Origin: Camelus dromedarius
Lineage: Eukaryota
Reading direction: 5' to 3'
DNA: 64,000 nucleotides
Assembly (NCBI RefSeq): GCF_036321535.1
Contig: NC_087437.1
Span: 43,774,001-43,838,000 of the forward strand
Position 1 is the stretch's first letter. Every line of letters starts with the position of its first letter. Made by a program: the position numbers and the translations under genes. Shown in pieces: positions 52,510 through 64,000 of this stretch. The notes beneath the pieces were generated by a model. The model did not search any database, was not told the DNA's origin, and saw only the letters and a list, made by a program, of their open reading frames with translations.

Positions 52510-52875
52510 ACGAAATTACTGTAACAAAGAAATCCATTGGCTTAAAGAAGATTATTTCTCCTTCACACAACAATGGTAGGGTAGTCAAGGTGATCAAAGT
52601 GGTTAGTTTCACAAGGTCATCAGCCCCAAGTTTGTTTCACCTTACTGCTTTGCAGTCTTAGAGGAAGTTGTTTTTGTCTGCAAGGTTAGATATGGGTCAC
52701 TGCCATGTCTGCATTATAGTTTGAGAAATAGGAGAAAGCAGAAATAAAGGCAAACAATTTCCTTTTTAAACAAGTGGCCAATAATTTTTACAATCCATTT
52801 GTTGGAACTTTGTCACATGGCTACACATGGCTGCAAGGAAAGCTGGGATGTACTGTCTCTATATGGGTGGCTTCT
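52510..52875. mobile_element. MLT1J-like LTR fragment
   Basis: GTCACATGGCTACACATGGCTGCAAGGAAAGCTGGGATGT is characteristic of MLT1J/K. Confidence 0.7.
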
Positions 52876-53529
52876 CATTCAGCTGAAACTCTTATTATGA
52901 ACCGAAAGAAAAATGGACACTGCTAGTTGCTCAGTGCATTTAAATTGTAGCGTGCTGGTTTGTTCTTGTTTCATTTGTTCTATTAAGGAAAGTAGTCTTG
53001 TTTTATTTGTTCTATTAAGGAAAGCATGAAGAGAAGGATAGATTATTCCTGTTTTTCTGGAATCTGTCTGCTGTGACCTAGCAGCATGGTATGTCAAGCA
53101 TAATTAGTAGGACTCCCAATGAGAAGATGGAATCCTAGGAAACAGTAGTTGTGCTTAAGGCCTAGGGTGGCTCCATGTAAGGACCTTTCCTTCAGTACAA
53201 ACCTTAACAGAGTTTAGGTTTGAGGGGTTTTATTAAGGGAAATTGGGTTTCACACACAGATGTCCATTGTTAAATACACTACTTCTTCATGTTAGTGTTA
53301 TTGCTGTAGTTTGCTTCATTTCTTTCACAGCACTTTGATAAAGTAATAATTTCCAATCGTGTTTTTAGTGTATTGTTCACTGCTGCACTCTCTTAGCTTA
53401 ATAAATATAGGACCTTTTAGAACATTTTACCTTTATAGTTTAAATCTTCTATCTTGAAATGTAAGGCTTTTCACATTAAAACACTGTGGAACTGCTGTGT
53501 TGCTGAAGCTGAGGGAATTCAAAGACCCT

Positions 53530-53965
53530 CACATATTGTGGGTGAAATTCTAAAATATCAGTCATTTGGAGAGCGATTTATTAATATTTATGAAAATTAC
53601 CAATACGTATCCCCTTTAATATAGTATTATGTGTATTTAATATATATTTCTATAGACATACTTACATATGAGACATGATGTGTTTTTAAGGTTATTTGTT
53701 ACATTATTTGTAATAGTAAAGATTAGAAACATACCAAATAACCATCAATCAGGGTCTGGTTAAACAAATAATGGTACTTGTATAAAATAGAACATTATGT
53801 AGCTATATAAAATATTGAAGCTGTTTAAATACTGAAATGAAAAACTCTGAGATTTATTACCATGCGAAAAAAGTATAAAACATTATGTGTGGTAAGACTT
53901 CTGTGTAAAAAGAAGACAATGAAATAATATGTATTTATATATGCTTGTCCACACATAAAATACTT
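53530..53965 (+). mobile_element. Old L1ME-like 3' fragment
   Basis: TTATTTGTAATAGTAAAGATTAGAAACATACCAAATAACCATCAATCAGGGTCTGGTTAAACAAATAATGGTAC. Confidence 0.65.
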
Positions 53966-54760
53966 CCCACAGATTTACAAATGCATAGGGAAGAACCAAA
54001 ATATTTTTATTTAGGAATTATACTGTAAAATCCCTTTTAGGCAAACTGATTTTTATCCTTATGAAATTATGTTCATTTTGATGAGCAAAGGAGATTTTTC
54101 TTCATTAAGATAAATGTCACAGTGTTTATTTTAGAAAATGTGCTGATTGGCTAGTTCTCTCTGATGCAGAAGTTCTCTTCTACAATACCCTCACTAACTG
54201 GTTATCACTAATGTGTCTGAATGCTGCCATTGATAGGGACTTGATTACCTTCTCAAGGGAGCTGGTTCTGTTCATTTAACTACAATGAGAAAGCCCCAGA
54301 AAGATCTGTACAGGGTGGGACCGAGATCTGGGAACTGGATATATTACTAGCCTACAGGTACTGAAAAATTTAGATTGATTTTTTGAAATAAGGGATCAGA
54401 TTGTGAAGAATATTGTAAAGAGTATCGTTTCTACTTGAAGCAATGCATTCCATTGCTAGTGTTAGAATTCCTCTTTATATGAGGCTAAAATCTACCCAGA
54501 CCTCTTCCATGACTTACATGCATTGGACCTTAACGCTATTCTGTGATTGTTATCTAAATAAAAGCCCTTAAGATATTTGAAAAGACATTAGACAAAGATC
54601 CTTTGTTCTCTTGATGTTTTTCATGTTATATAATTTACAGACTCTTATCATCCTGTTTCTCCTCTAGACATCCTTCAATGGAAATGTGGTATGCAGCAGT
54701 GAGCACAAGGATCTGAATACACAAAGAGAGTAGAGCTCTCACCTGCCTTGTTTTAGGGGG

Positions 54761-54761
<1 letters not shown>

Positions 54762-54802
<41 letters not shown>
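54762..54802. repeat. (TG)20 microsatellite
   Basis: Directly visible perfect repeat. Confidence 0.97.
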
Positions 54803-54804
<2 letters not shown>

Positions 54805-56029
54805 TTTTAATGCTAAGAATATATTAGTTCTCTGGTATCTAATATACCCTGCTGTCTTATTTTAAGTCCAGTAGAGTACCTAGATATTTTTTATACGGAC
54901 TATTAGTTATTGTCTCTACGATTACTATCTCTATAGTACTTTATATTTCTTATGTAACATATTCGTTTATTTCTCATTTGTTCATCATAGAAAAAAATTA
55001 GAAAACAAAAAAGAAATTCCAAATTGCACTCATTGTAGCCTCTATTAACACTTCATTGTGTATCCTTGCAGACAGTCTCTGGATCAGTGTTTCTATCTCT
55101 AGATCTAGATCCAAACTGCAGAATGCTACCCAATAGTCAGCTCTGAAGTTAACTTAGTGAGTTACAACTAGCATTTAAAAAAAGAAATAGAATAGTATAA
55201 ATTGAAAAATATGGATTGTATAGCATTGTACACAGAAAGAGTAAGTATTGTTCCATGAAAATGTTTAAAGTACTTGTATATATGTTTTAAGTATTTATAT
55301 GTGTGGAACAAGATGTACAATGCATTTATTAGAATGAGTCACAGTGAAAAAAAAGTTTATCAGTAGATTCACTTTCTCTCTTTTCTTTCCTTTTCTTTCT
55401 GTCTCACTGTCCTCTTCCCTTCTTTTACTTTCTCCCTCCCTTTCTTTCTCTTTCATTTTTTTTTCTCCAAAAATGAAATCCTATTTTGCATGCTGTTTAT
55501 AATGATTACTTCACCGAACTGTGTTGTGGACAGCTTTCTATGTCAAGTATTTGTCTCTGGAGGCATTTTAAATGACTGAGGAGTATTCCAGTGTGTAAAT
55601 GGCCCCATCATTGATTGATTCTGTTTTAACTCTTTCTGTAGGACATTTTGGTTGTTTCTAATTTCAGCTATTTTAAGTAAATAAACTGTATATTTTCATA
55701 TATTTTAACTATTTTTTCTCATGAACAATCCCTAGATATAGAATTGATGGGTCAAAGGACAGGCATATTTTCAAATCTTTTATAAAAAGTTCCCAGCTGC
55801 CTTCTAACAGTTCTTTTATTTGCAGTGCCTACCAGTTTGATAGTTTAAGATGGTAAGTTATTATTTTATATTTTATATTTTCAAAATGATTTTTGTAAGT
55901 TAAAGTTAAGATTGTACATTTATTTCTTTTATATTTAAACAATGTAAATATAAGTTCTTCCTTAAAACCACTTGGGTACTTTTAAATTACTCTTTCTGTC
56001 TTCTAAAGGATGAATTATAACTCTAATAT

Positions 56030-56295
56030 TTACGCTACCTGCAGATACATTATTTTGTAAGCCTATTGTGTCTTCATCCAGTTCACTGATAACAGTATTA
56101 TAAATAGTTTGGGTTTAAGTATAGAATCACAAATTATGATACTAGAAACAACTATTCTACATTGATAAAGTTCTACTAATCAGAATCTTGGACAAATGTT
56201 CAGCCAACTTTAAAACTACCCCTAAATACTGAGTCATCCAGCACACTATTTTCCATCTTTTTCATAAGAATTTCATGAGAGACTTAATAAGATTT
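56030..56295 (-). mobile_element. Probable L3/CR1 fragment (related pieces likely near 54440-54750 and 56560-57050)
   Basis: CTTCATCCAGTTCACTGATAA...TCAGCCAAC...CATCCAGC...TCATGAGAGACTT resembles reverse CR1/L3 RT region; very diverged. Confidence 0.45.
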
Positions 56296-56324
56296 TTTCC
56301 TAGTTATCATATAAGAGGCTATAT

Positions 56325-56548
56325 GCATAGTGGTTATAAGGGCAAAGCCTCTAGAATGTTCTGGGTTCGAATTCTACACCCACAATTGACTAACTCCATG
56401 ACCTTGGATAAGTTACTTTAATACTTTTATGACTCAAGTTTCCTCATCTTTAAAATGACAATGTTTTTCCTCTCAGGGTTATTGTAAGGATTAAATAATA
56501 CTTGATGCTTGGCATAAAGTAAGTGTTCAGTGAATGCTGACATTACTT
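56325..56548 (+). mobile_element. MIR SINE, near full length
   Basis: GCATAGTGGTTA...CTGGGTTCGAATTC...TGACCTTGGATAAGTTACTTTAA...TTTCCTCATCTTTAAAATG...CAGGGTTATTGTAAGGATTAAAT. Confidence 0.88.
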
Positions 56549-59500
56549 TTAACAACTTTGTTGTGTCTATAATTTTCCAGGTTAGCAATTCTAATACAAA
56601 CTAAAAGAAAATTAAAATCTGATGTGACCTTTTAATGAATGTATGATCAGTGCTTCCACTTGTAAGAGCTCATAAACCATCTCATTAAATAATTGTTTTT
56701 AAAAGATATATTCTAAAAGTTTTCTAGGGATTGTATGACTCTCCATTCTCTGTGGTTTCTAGCCTATACTTTTTTTGAGGATCAGAATTTATATTTCAGT
56801 CTTATTCTTCTGGCTCACTCAGTGATCATATCTATACTTCATGAGAAAATCCTGAGTTAGAACTTGTCTGGAACTGAGGAACTGAAATCATTCATGTAAG
56901 ACAGCCAGGTACCATTATTGTCTCTCCATCTATCTTAGCCCTCAGTTAGCTCTTAACCATGTATATTGTAGCATTTCCAGTTTGAGGATCATTCTCCTTG
57001 ATAGAAATAAATATAAATTGAGTAATTTCACTTCTCTATCATTTGTTTCCATTCATTCAGCAAGTTTTACTGAACAGCCAAGTACACTGCATTGCTCCGG
57101 GTACTTGAGGAGGCAAGGCCTTGGAAACAAGGCTTGTCTTCAGAGAGTACCAGTGTGAGTGTGTGTATATTTGTGTGTGTAGAGGGGAATTGGTGAGTAT
57201 CAGCAAAAGGAGGAGGGATCACAAAGTTCCATTTATAGTATTTCCCATTGCTTTAAAAAAAAAGATACCCTTGTTTCTTTGCTTTACTTACTATATTTAT
57301 TATTTCATTAAACTTGAGAACAAAATCGTTGTGCTTTGCCAGCCATAATGTTCTTAGTCTTCTGCTAGGGATAAGCTGCATCTCACAGTGAAATGAATCC
57401 CAGGTTTTGTGCAAAACTAGATATTGTTTTTATAAAGCCATCTATACTATCTATGTTTATTTTTTCCATATCTATGTTTACTTTCCAATATCATTACCTT
57501 CGGTGGGTAGGAGAGAAAAAATGTCATTTAGGTTCTAGTGTCCTATGATTTTATACCTAGGATGTTCCAGATTTCTTCTGACAAGATAATTTGTGAATGT
57601 GGTACAGTGGAAAAGGCACAGTTTTGAAATTTGAGAAACTTGTGTTCAAATCCTGCCACCTCTTCCCTTTGTTTCTTAAAAGCTGCAAACCTAAATTTGC
57701 AAAATGGGGCTAATAATACTGATCTCTGTGAATGTTAGGTACCTTCTACTGTTCACCCCGCCCTGCCTGCCAACTTGAGTCAGTAGACATGCTTAGTGGT
57801 TGAGGATCGTTACTACGTATGATCTCAGCCAGAAGCTCAAGAAGCAATAGGACTGTTAAATTTTGAAAGTCTCTCTGGCAATCTGAGATGATCTCCAAGA
57901 AAACACCACTTTCTGCTCACCTAAGTCAAATCTGCAGAGGATCGTGCTTCACTATACTCATTTTTCAGAGTGTCAAGAGCCACCGTCTTGTTTCCTCCTC
58001 CTCTGACTGCTAATAGGAGTCACCTAACCTTCTTAACGAAACCTTTTACTTCCTGTGAACGTTCATTATTTTTTATGTCAGTGGAGTTTGGTTTCAAAGT
58101 TGGGAAATTTGGATCCTTGCCTTTTCATGATTACTGTTTACTTGCCAGCCAGTTGTTCTTACTGAAAAGATAATGATGTGCCTAGACACATTTAACAGCC
58201 ATTGTAAATTAAATTCATAATAAAGAGATTACCTTACTTCATGAGAATGATGTAAAATTTGGCAGGATTCTTTTGGAATTCAGTATTTAATTAGATATTA
58301 TTTGAAATAAAGTTTTCATGATGAATGTGTATTTTAAGTCCAATATTAAGTAGCATCTCATCCTTTCACAACTCAGCTTAATGGAAGTTACATACGTTCT
58401 CTAAATGATGCCTCACTGAATTTAACATATTTCTAGTGAAAATTTCCTCGGACCATTGATTCACAAATTTTGATTAACAAAGTTGAAATTAGGTTTCCTT
58501 TAAAAACACTGAATGTAGTCATGAGATTTCAGAGTTTGAAAATTAGGCTCACAAATTTCCATTTATAAATGAAACATTCTCAAGTAATTAGAGGTGAAAA
58601 TTTTTGACTGAAGAATTTGTATGTACTAGTTAATGGGGAATGAGAATTAAAGTGTGTTTTGCCAGAGCGATTTTTGTTATTACTAAGAGTGTGAACCAAC
58701 CTAAACTAACCTATAAAGGGAAGTTGTTTGAAAATCAATATTTACATAGTAATTTGTGTGAATAGAAAGCTGATGAAATCTTTGTAGTTTTGTGTTTCTT
58801 ATAAAATTCTCCTGCTACAGCTTAACTTCTTTCATTTACTTGGAAAAATCTTCCACCTTCCTGCATTTAAACCATCTTTCTTCTCATGGCACTCTTTCAG
58901 TCTTGCCATAATTCTGTTCATTTCACCAGTGCTTGCTGAGCCTCTGTATCAGACAATATGCTACACATGTGGGATCTAAAAATGAATGAGACAGGTGTTC
59001 TGCTTTCAAAAGTCTTCTAGTGTACCACAGGAGAACTACATACACATTTTCATTATTATATTTAAATCTCAGCGGGTAAAATAACTGAGAATTTTATAAA
59101 GAGAAAGCATTTATTAAGTGCTCCTGAGTTTATTCCGTTGTATTCCTGCAGAGTGTTACATCTTCACAGTTCCTGTCTGTTAGTCATCCACAACCGGACG
59201 TAGATATTACCCTTTGAATAAGACTTGGTTGTATGTAAGAGTATAAGCTATTATTAAGGAGACAACTCAGATTTCTGAAGAGAGAAATAATATTTAAATG
59301 GTGTTTTCCTAGGGATTAGGAAAATATTTAGATCCTTACCTAATAGTTTATAACAAAAAAAACTCCAACTGGATAATAGTAAAATAAAAAAAGAATCAAG
59401 CCACTGTTGCCTTAGAAAAAGTCAAATGGAGGATTTTTCAAACATTTGAGGGGGAAAGAAATTTCAAAGTCTTAAAAGCAAAGACACATGTCGTTAAGGA

Positions 59501-60064
59501 AAAGATAAACTGATTTGATTAACGTAAAATTTATTTTCATAAAGTATTTAAAAGGGAAAGAAAGTGAACTATTTGCAGAAAACAAAGTGGACAATATTGA
59601 TGTTGCAGCATATAAAATGCATTTTAGAGAATGTATTAAATTAGTGAATGAGTAAGATATGTAAAGGATTATCATAAAAATAATGTCTAATTTGTATGGT
59701 TTGTGAAATATTTTAGTTTCATAGAACAGTAGTTATGGGTACTAAAAGTAGAACAGAAAAGATAATCTATGAAAAGATTGACTAAGTTTCTAATTAATGA
59801 TACAAATTTACACTTGTAAGAATCACATGCTCAGTGAAATTCTAACATAAATCACGCACTTATTCATTCAGCAAACATTATTTGAAGATTTAATATGTGC
59901 TAGATAGCACACTAACTGCTGAAATGATTAATGTGAATAATAAAGAGCTCTTTCTCAAGGAATTCACAGCCTCAGGATGGAATACTTCTCCTCGCCAACT
60001 CCTGTCCTCCTCCTCTCTTCCCTTTGTAAGCCTAGTCCATCAGTACATCCACTCATCTATTCAT

Positions 60065-60098
60065 CAAAAACAAAACAAAACAAAACAAAACAAAACAA
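60065..60098. repeat. (CAAAA)n pentanucleotide repeat, ~6 units
   Basis: Directly visible. Confidence 0.92.
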
Positions 60099-62899
60099 GA
60101 TTTAATGAGACCCTAGAATATGTAGGGCCTTATGCTAAGTGCAGGGATATTAAGATAAAAAGATTAGAAAGTCCTGTCATTAAGGAATTTAGTCAACGAG
60201 ATGAGCAGAGGAAACAGGGGTTAAGCCATGCCAGAGATGCTATTCCAGAATAGGTATCTCTAGCTCTGAGGGGAAAACATACATACACTATTGGTACAGA
60301 CACATCTTACAAAGTAACACCAAAGTATTAATGCATTTTATTTATTCAAATTCTACATTCTTAACATGAAAGTATTATTGTTCTTTCCAAATGTAATACT
60401 TAATGAATAAAATCATCAAGTTCTTATGAGAATAACATCATTACTTGTCAAGGACTCCATCTAAGTTTATTAAAGTGTAAAGCAGGTTTTGCCAAATATC
60501 TGTCCTTGTGATTTTTAAGTGTTTATTCAAAGGCTAAAAATAGACAGTCTTTTTGACGTAAAAACAGTTACTACTGATAGAATGCAGCTGGAGAGGTACG
60601 TAATGTCTAAGAGCTTTATAGAGATCAGTTATAATGTGTTTTTCCTGAGTTGGGCTGTTATTTTCCTTTAATACTTGCTTGTATTTGTCCTGTGGTATTT
60701 TGCTTTTCTCATTTTCAGTCTTCCTCTCTTTTCTTTAGTTTCATATCTGTTTTGTAGTCAATTTGATCATTCCCCTAATGTTTTATTACAATGTCCGAAT
60801 TTTCTATAAATTTATTCCAGTGGTCCACTTATTTTATGCTTAAAATATTTCCTCAGTATATAAAAGCTTATAAATAAGTAAAATTCTTAAAACATGTTTG
60901 TGTGCTATATAAACTTTGAGATAAACTATATATGTTGCATGTTATTGAAATGCTAAGGTTAATTTTTAATAACAGTACACAAATGCTTAGAAATGGATCC
61001 TTATAAACCATTACTTACTTGTCAGTGTCAATATTTATCTATTACATTGTGTTTATTTTTTCTGCTGATTACTGAATACATGTTTGTGCATTGACTGAAG
61101 TGATTTCATGAATTATACCCAGATTGGTTGAACATGGTTCAATAAATGTAAGTGTTTTAAATGGAAATTACTGAGGAGGAGTTACTGAAGAAACTGTCTA
61201 GGGAAAATATGGGAGTCTCAGGGATCAGATGTCTTTTGAACTAGGTCTCACTAAATATATCCTGTTGAAATTGACCTCGAATGGCTTATGATCAGGACTA
61301 AAGTTCTTTAAAAATGAAAGAGCAAAACGAACAGCAAAATTGTCCATAAGTACTAAGTTTGTTTCAAGATGTGCACAAAGTCTTGAATTTATGAAATAGT
61401 CTTTCTTATGGTCATTCTGTCATGTAACTTTTGGACCAAATATAGTTTCCTTGATACAGAGTTGAGGTTATAATCTTGTTCTGAGATTTTTAGTGCTGTG
61501 CTCTTTCTACATATTTGTCCAATTTTGTTTATAATAGTATACTAAAAGAATGAAACCACATGGCAGAGTTAGGAAGTGAAAATAAATCAGAACTCATATT
61601 TAACTTATGCATCCCAGTGGAATGCTTGTATAGGCACCTTGAGTCACTTTTAAACAGTCACCTGCTATAGATGTAGACTTAGAGATTGACATCTTAAAAT
61701 CATGAAACGTCATGTTGGGTGAAAGTAAGGGGCAGTGATTTGCATTTAGTTGCTGCCTAAATTGGTTAATTGGCTTTCTACAGGACTCCCTTGTTTAATT
61801 TGTTTTTGAAATAATAACAGTTACGGCATTAAAAACATGCTTCCAGAGCAGGAATTTGCATGCTGTAGCTTAGCTAGTCTGTTATTATCAGGAACAAATC
61901 TGCAAGTGCCCTAGAGAAAAAATTACCCACATATAGGTTTACCCTGGGGAAGGATTAAAACTGGAAAGTCAATGAGCTAAAGAGACTTAATACTCTTGGT
62001 TTATAAACATCATAGAATAGGGAATAATTGTCCTAAGGAACTATACGTGTTCTTTCACTGTTATCTGTGAGTATTTCTATGGAAACTGTTAAGGAACAAC
62101 TGTAGCATGAAGGTGGTGAAAAAGAGAAGGGGTTTCATAGATTAATGGAGAAAAGTCATTGGCTATGTATACCTAGACACGAAGAGTATAACGAGGAATT
62201 GAATAGTTATAACATTGAACTGAAAAGAAAAATACCTCAATTATTGGTTTAAATTAAAATATGGCTTACCATTTTCCATTTTACATGTGGAAACTTTGTG
62301 ATGTATATGATACAAAACTTAAAATTACCTTTAACACTATATTTTATGAATATTGATTGGTTTTGTTTTCAGAAACTTATGACTGAATTAGAATGTGAAA
62401 TTTTGTCTTGTGTTTTGAATTGTGTCTTTTGATATACTTTTATTAACAGAAATATACAATTGTCAGATTTATGGTAATTTAAAGTCAGCCTTTGGAAAAC
62501 AAGGCTCCCCCCTAGTGACAGTCTCTAACAATGTTTCTGAGAATTTAAGCATTAGAAAAACAGTAGTATCTTATGTACTATGTGGTTACACATAGTCTAT
62601 TAATATTGCTATTTAAACAATCCATAATAAATATAGAAAAAAATTTTATAATATCACTTGTTCAAACTGTGATAAAAAATGAGTCAGTTTTAGAAATCAT
62701 ATAATTTGGGATATCTTTTTCCCTTTAATTCTACAAAAGTACATTGCTCATAGATAGCCTCATTAAAATATATTAACAAATGTGTATTAGACATCAGTTG
62801 AAAAGATATTCAGCAATAGTATTCATGGTTAATTACCAATAAATGTATTTTTAACATATAACACGTGTGTGTGTGTATAAAACAGAAATGCTAACCAGG

Positions 62900-64000
62900 T
62901 TTTGTTTTAAATATAACTCTTTTTTCATACCATTTATCCTAGCATTGTATGAGAATACACTTTTTGGCTCATCTGCCTAATAATAGCTGTAATCAGTCTT
63001 TTAAATGTTTGCTAGTCTGGTAGGTGTGAAATGATAGCTTATTGTTTCTTTAATTTGGAAATCTCTGAGTTTGAGCTTCTTTTTAATGTTTTTACCCCTC
63101 CCCATTTGAATTTCCTAAGTAAATAGCCACTTAATTGCTCATTTTTTATTGAGTTGTTTATATCTACCATACCAAGGTTTAAGAACTCTTTTATAACATA
63201 AATTTTAATTACCCTCTTTATTTAATATTTCCCTAAATTTATAGTTTGTTGATTGAGTTGTTTGTTGTTTACCATACAGATATTTCAGAGCTTTGTATAG
63301 TTTGATATTTACCTGTTTGCTTTTATAATTTTCTAATATATTCATTCTTGATAATGAAAGTCTTTCAAAATACTACATTATACATACAATATGCAGTATT
63401 TTCTTGCAGAGTTTTTGTTGTTTTATATTCAAGTCTTTAATCCGATATTTTTAAAGATATGATGTAGAATAGTCATCTAATTTTATTTTCCTTCAGACAT
63501 ATATTTAGTTTTGCTAGTACCATTTCTTAAACCATTGACTCTTCTCTCCACTGGTCTCATTATTGGGGAGATTATTTATTTGATAGTAATCATAGTATCT
63601 AATGCTCTTTGTCAGTTCTTATGTTAATTCCATGATTGGAAAATAGAGGGTTTTTTTTTCAGTTAGTTCTGATATGTGCATATACCTTCCAGCAACTTTT
63701 TTTCTTCAAATTTTGGGCATCTACTCTTCCTTATAAATCTAAGATACTTTTATCTGATTAAGGACAAAAGTTGAGATTCTAATTGGGATTTCATTAAATA
63801 TAATAGTAACTTTTTAATGTAATATTAAGAATTCTTACTAAAAAAAAGTTTTAGTGTTTTCTACAAAAAGTTTCTGTGACCATTCTTGCTGAAAATAGCC
63901 CTATTTTATATTTTTTTGAGTACTGTGAATGAAATTTATGTATGTTTATATTGTTTTTAGCCTCTTTAACCGATTCTCTTATTCCCATAATTTCCTTTCA
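62900..64000 (-). mobile_element. Ancient L1M ORF2-region fragment, antisense, running off the window end
   Basis: TTTGCTAGTCTGGTAGGTGTGAAATGATAGCTTATTG, AAGTCTTTAATCC, GAGATTCTAATTGGGATTTCATTAAAT resemble reverse L1. Confidence 0.65.

Noticed and set aside
55084..55350. Possible hAT remnant with palindrome TCTAGATCTAGA; a similar remnant may lie near 23190-23465
   Set aside because: Ends and TSDs too decayed to define; a 12-bp palindrome alone is unremarkable.
62360..62432. Acceptor followed by ATG (ttttgttttcag|AAACTTATGACTGAA) as possible first coding exon of the + gene
   Set aside because: The frame stops after 17 codons with no good donor before the stop.
62503..62521. CTCF-like motif (minus strand TGTCACTAGGGGGGAGCC)
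   Set aside because: Has G in place of the conserved C of the GGC core; not supportable without binding data.
1..64000. CRISPR arrays, tRNA/rRNA/snRNA genes, processed pseudogenes, prokaryote-type systems
   Set aside because: No regularly spaced repeat-spacer array, no recognisable structural RNA and no recognisable retrocopy; the sequence is mammalian nuclear DNA.

Overview
AT-rich placental-mammal genomic DNA, with no prokaryotic systems, CRISPR arrays or rRNA/tRNA genes visible. The repeat content suggests a cetartiodactyl, probably a camelid (inference). A single CpG island (~31.65-32.5 kb) looks like the promoter and first exon(s) of a + strand gene that I cannot name. Its long, repeat-rich first intron(s) fill the right half of the window, with two candidate small exons at 37.4 and 38.0 kb. 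The main result is a compact six-exon gene model on the minus strand (22130->17197) that the ORF track only shows in pieces. It has canonical GT-AG junctions, compatible phases at all five introns and a GCCATGG start. It encodes a 125-aa protein with a hydrophobic N-terminal segment and a short coiled-coil-like stretch that I do not recognise. Also notable is an 83-bp CpG-rich inverted-repeat insertion with CTAA/TTAA flanks (piggyBac-like MITE) interrupting an old L2. The rest is ordinary L1, L2, MIR, MaLR, hAT and Tigger debris. Repeat family names are assigned by eye from remembered consensus sequences, and boundaries are approximate unless TSDs or TIRs are quoted.
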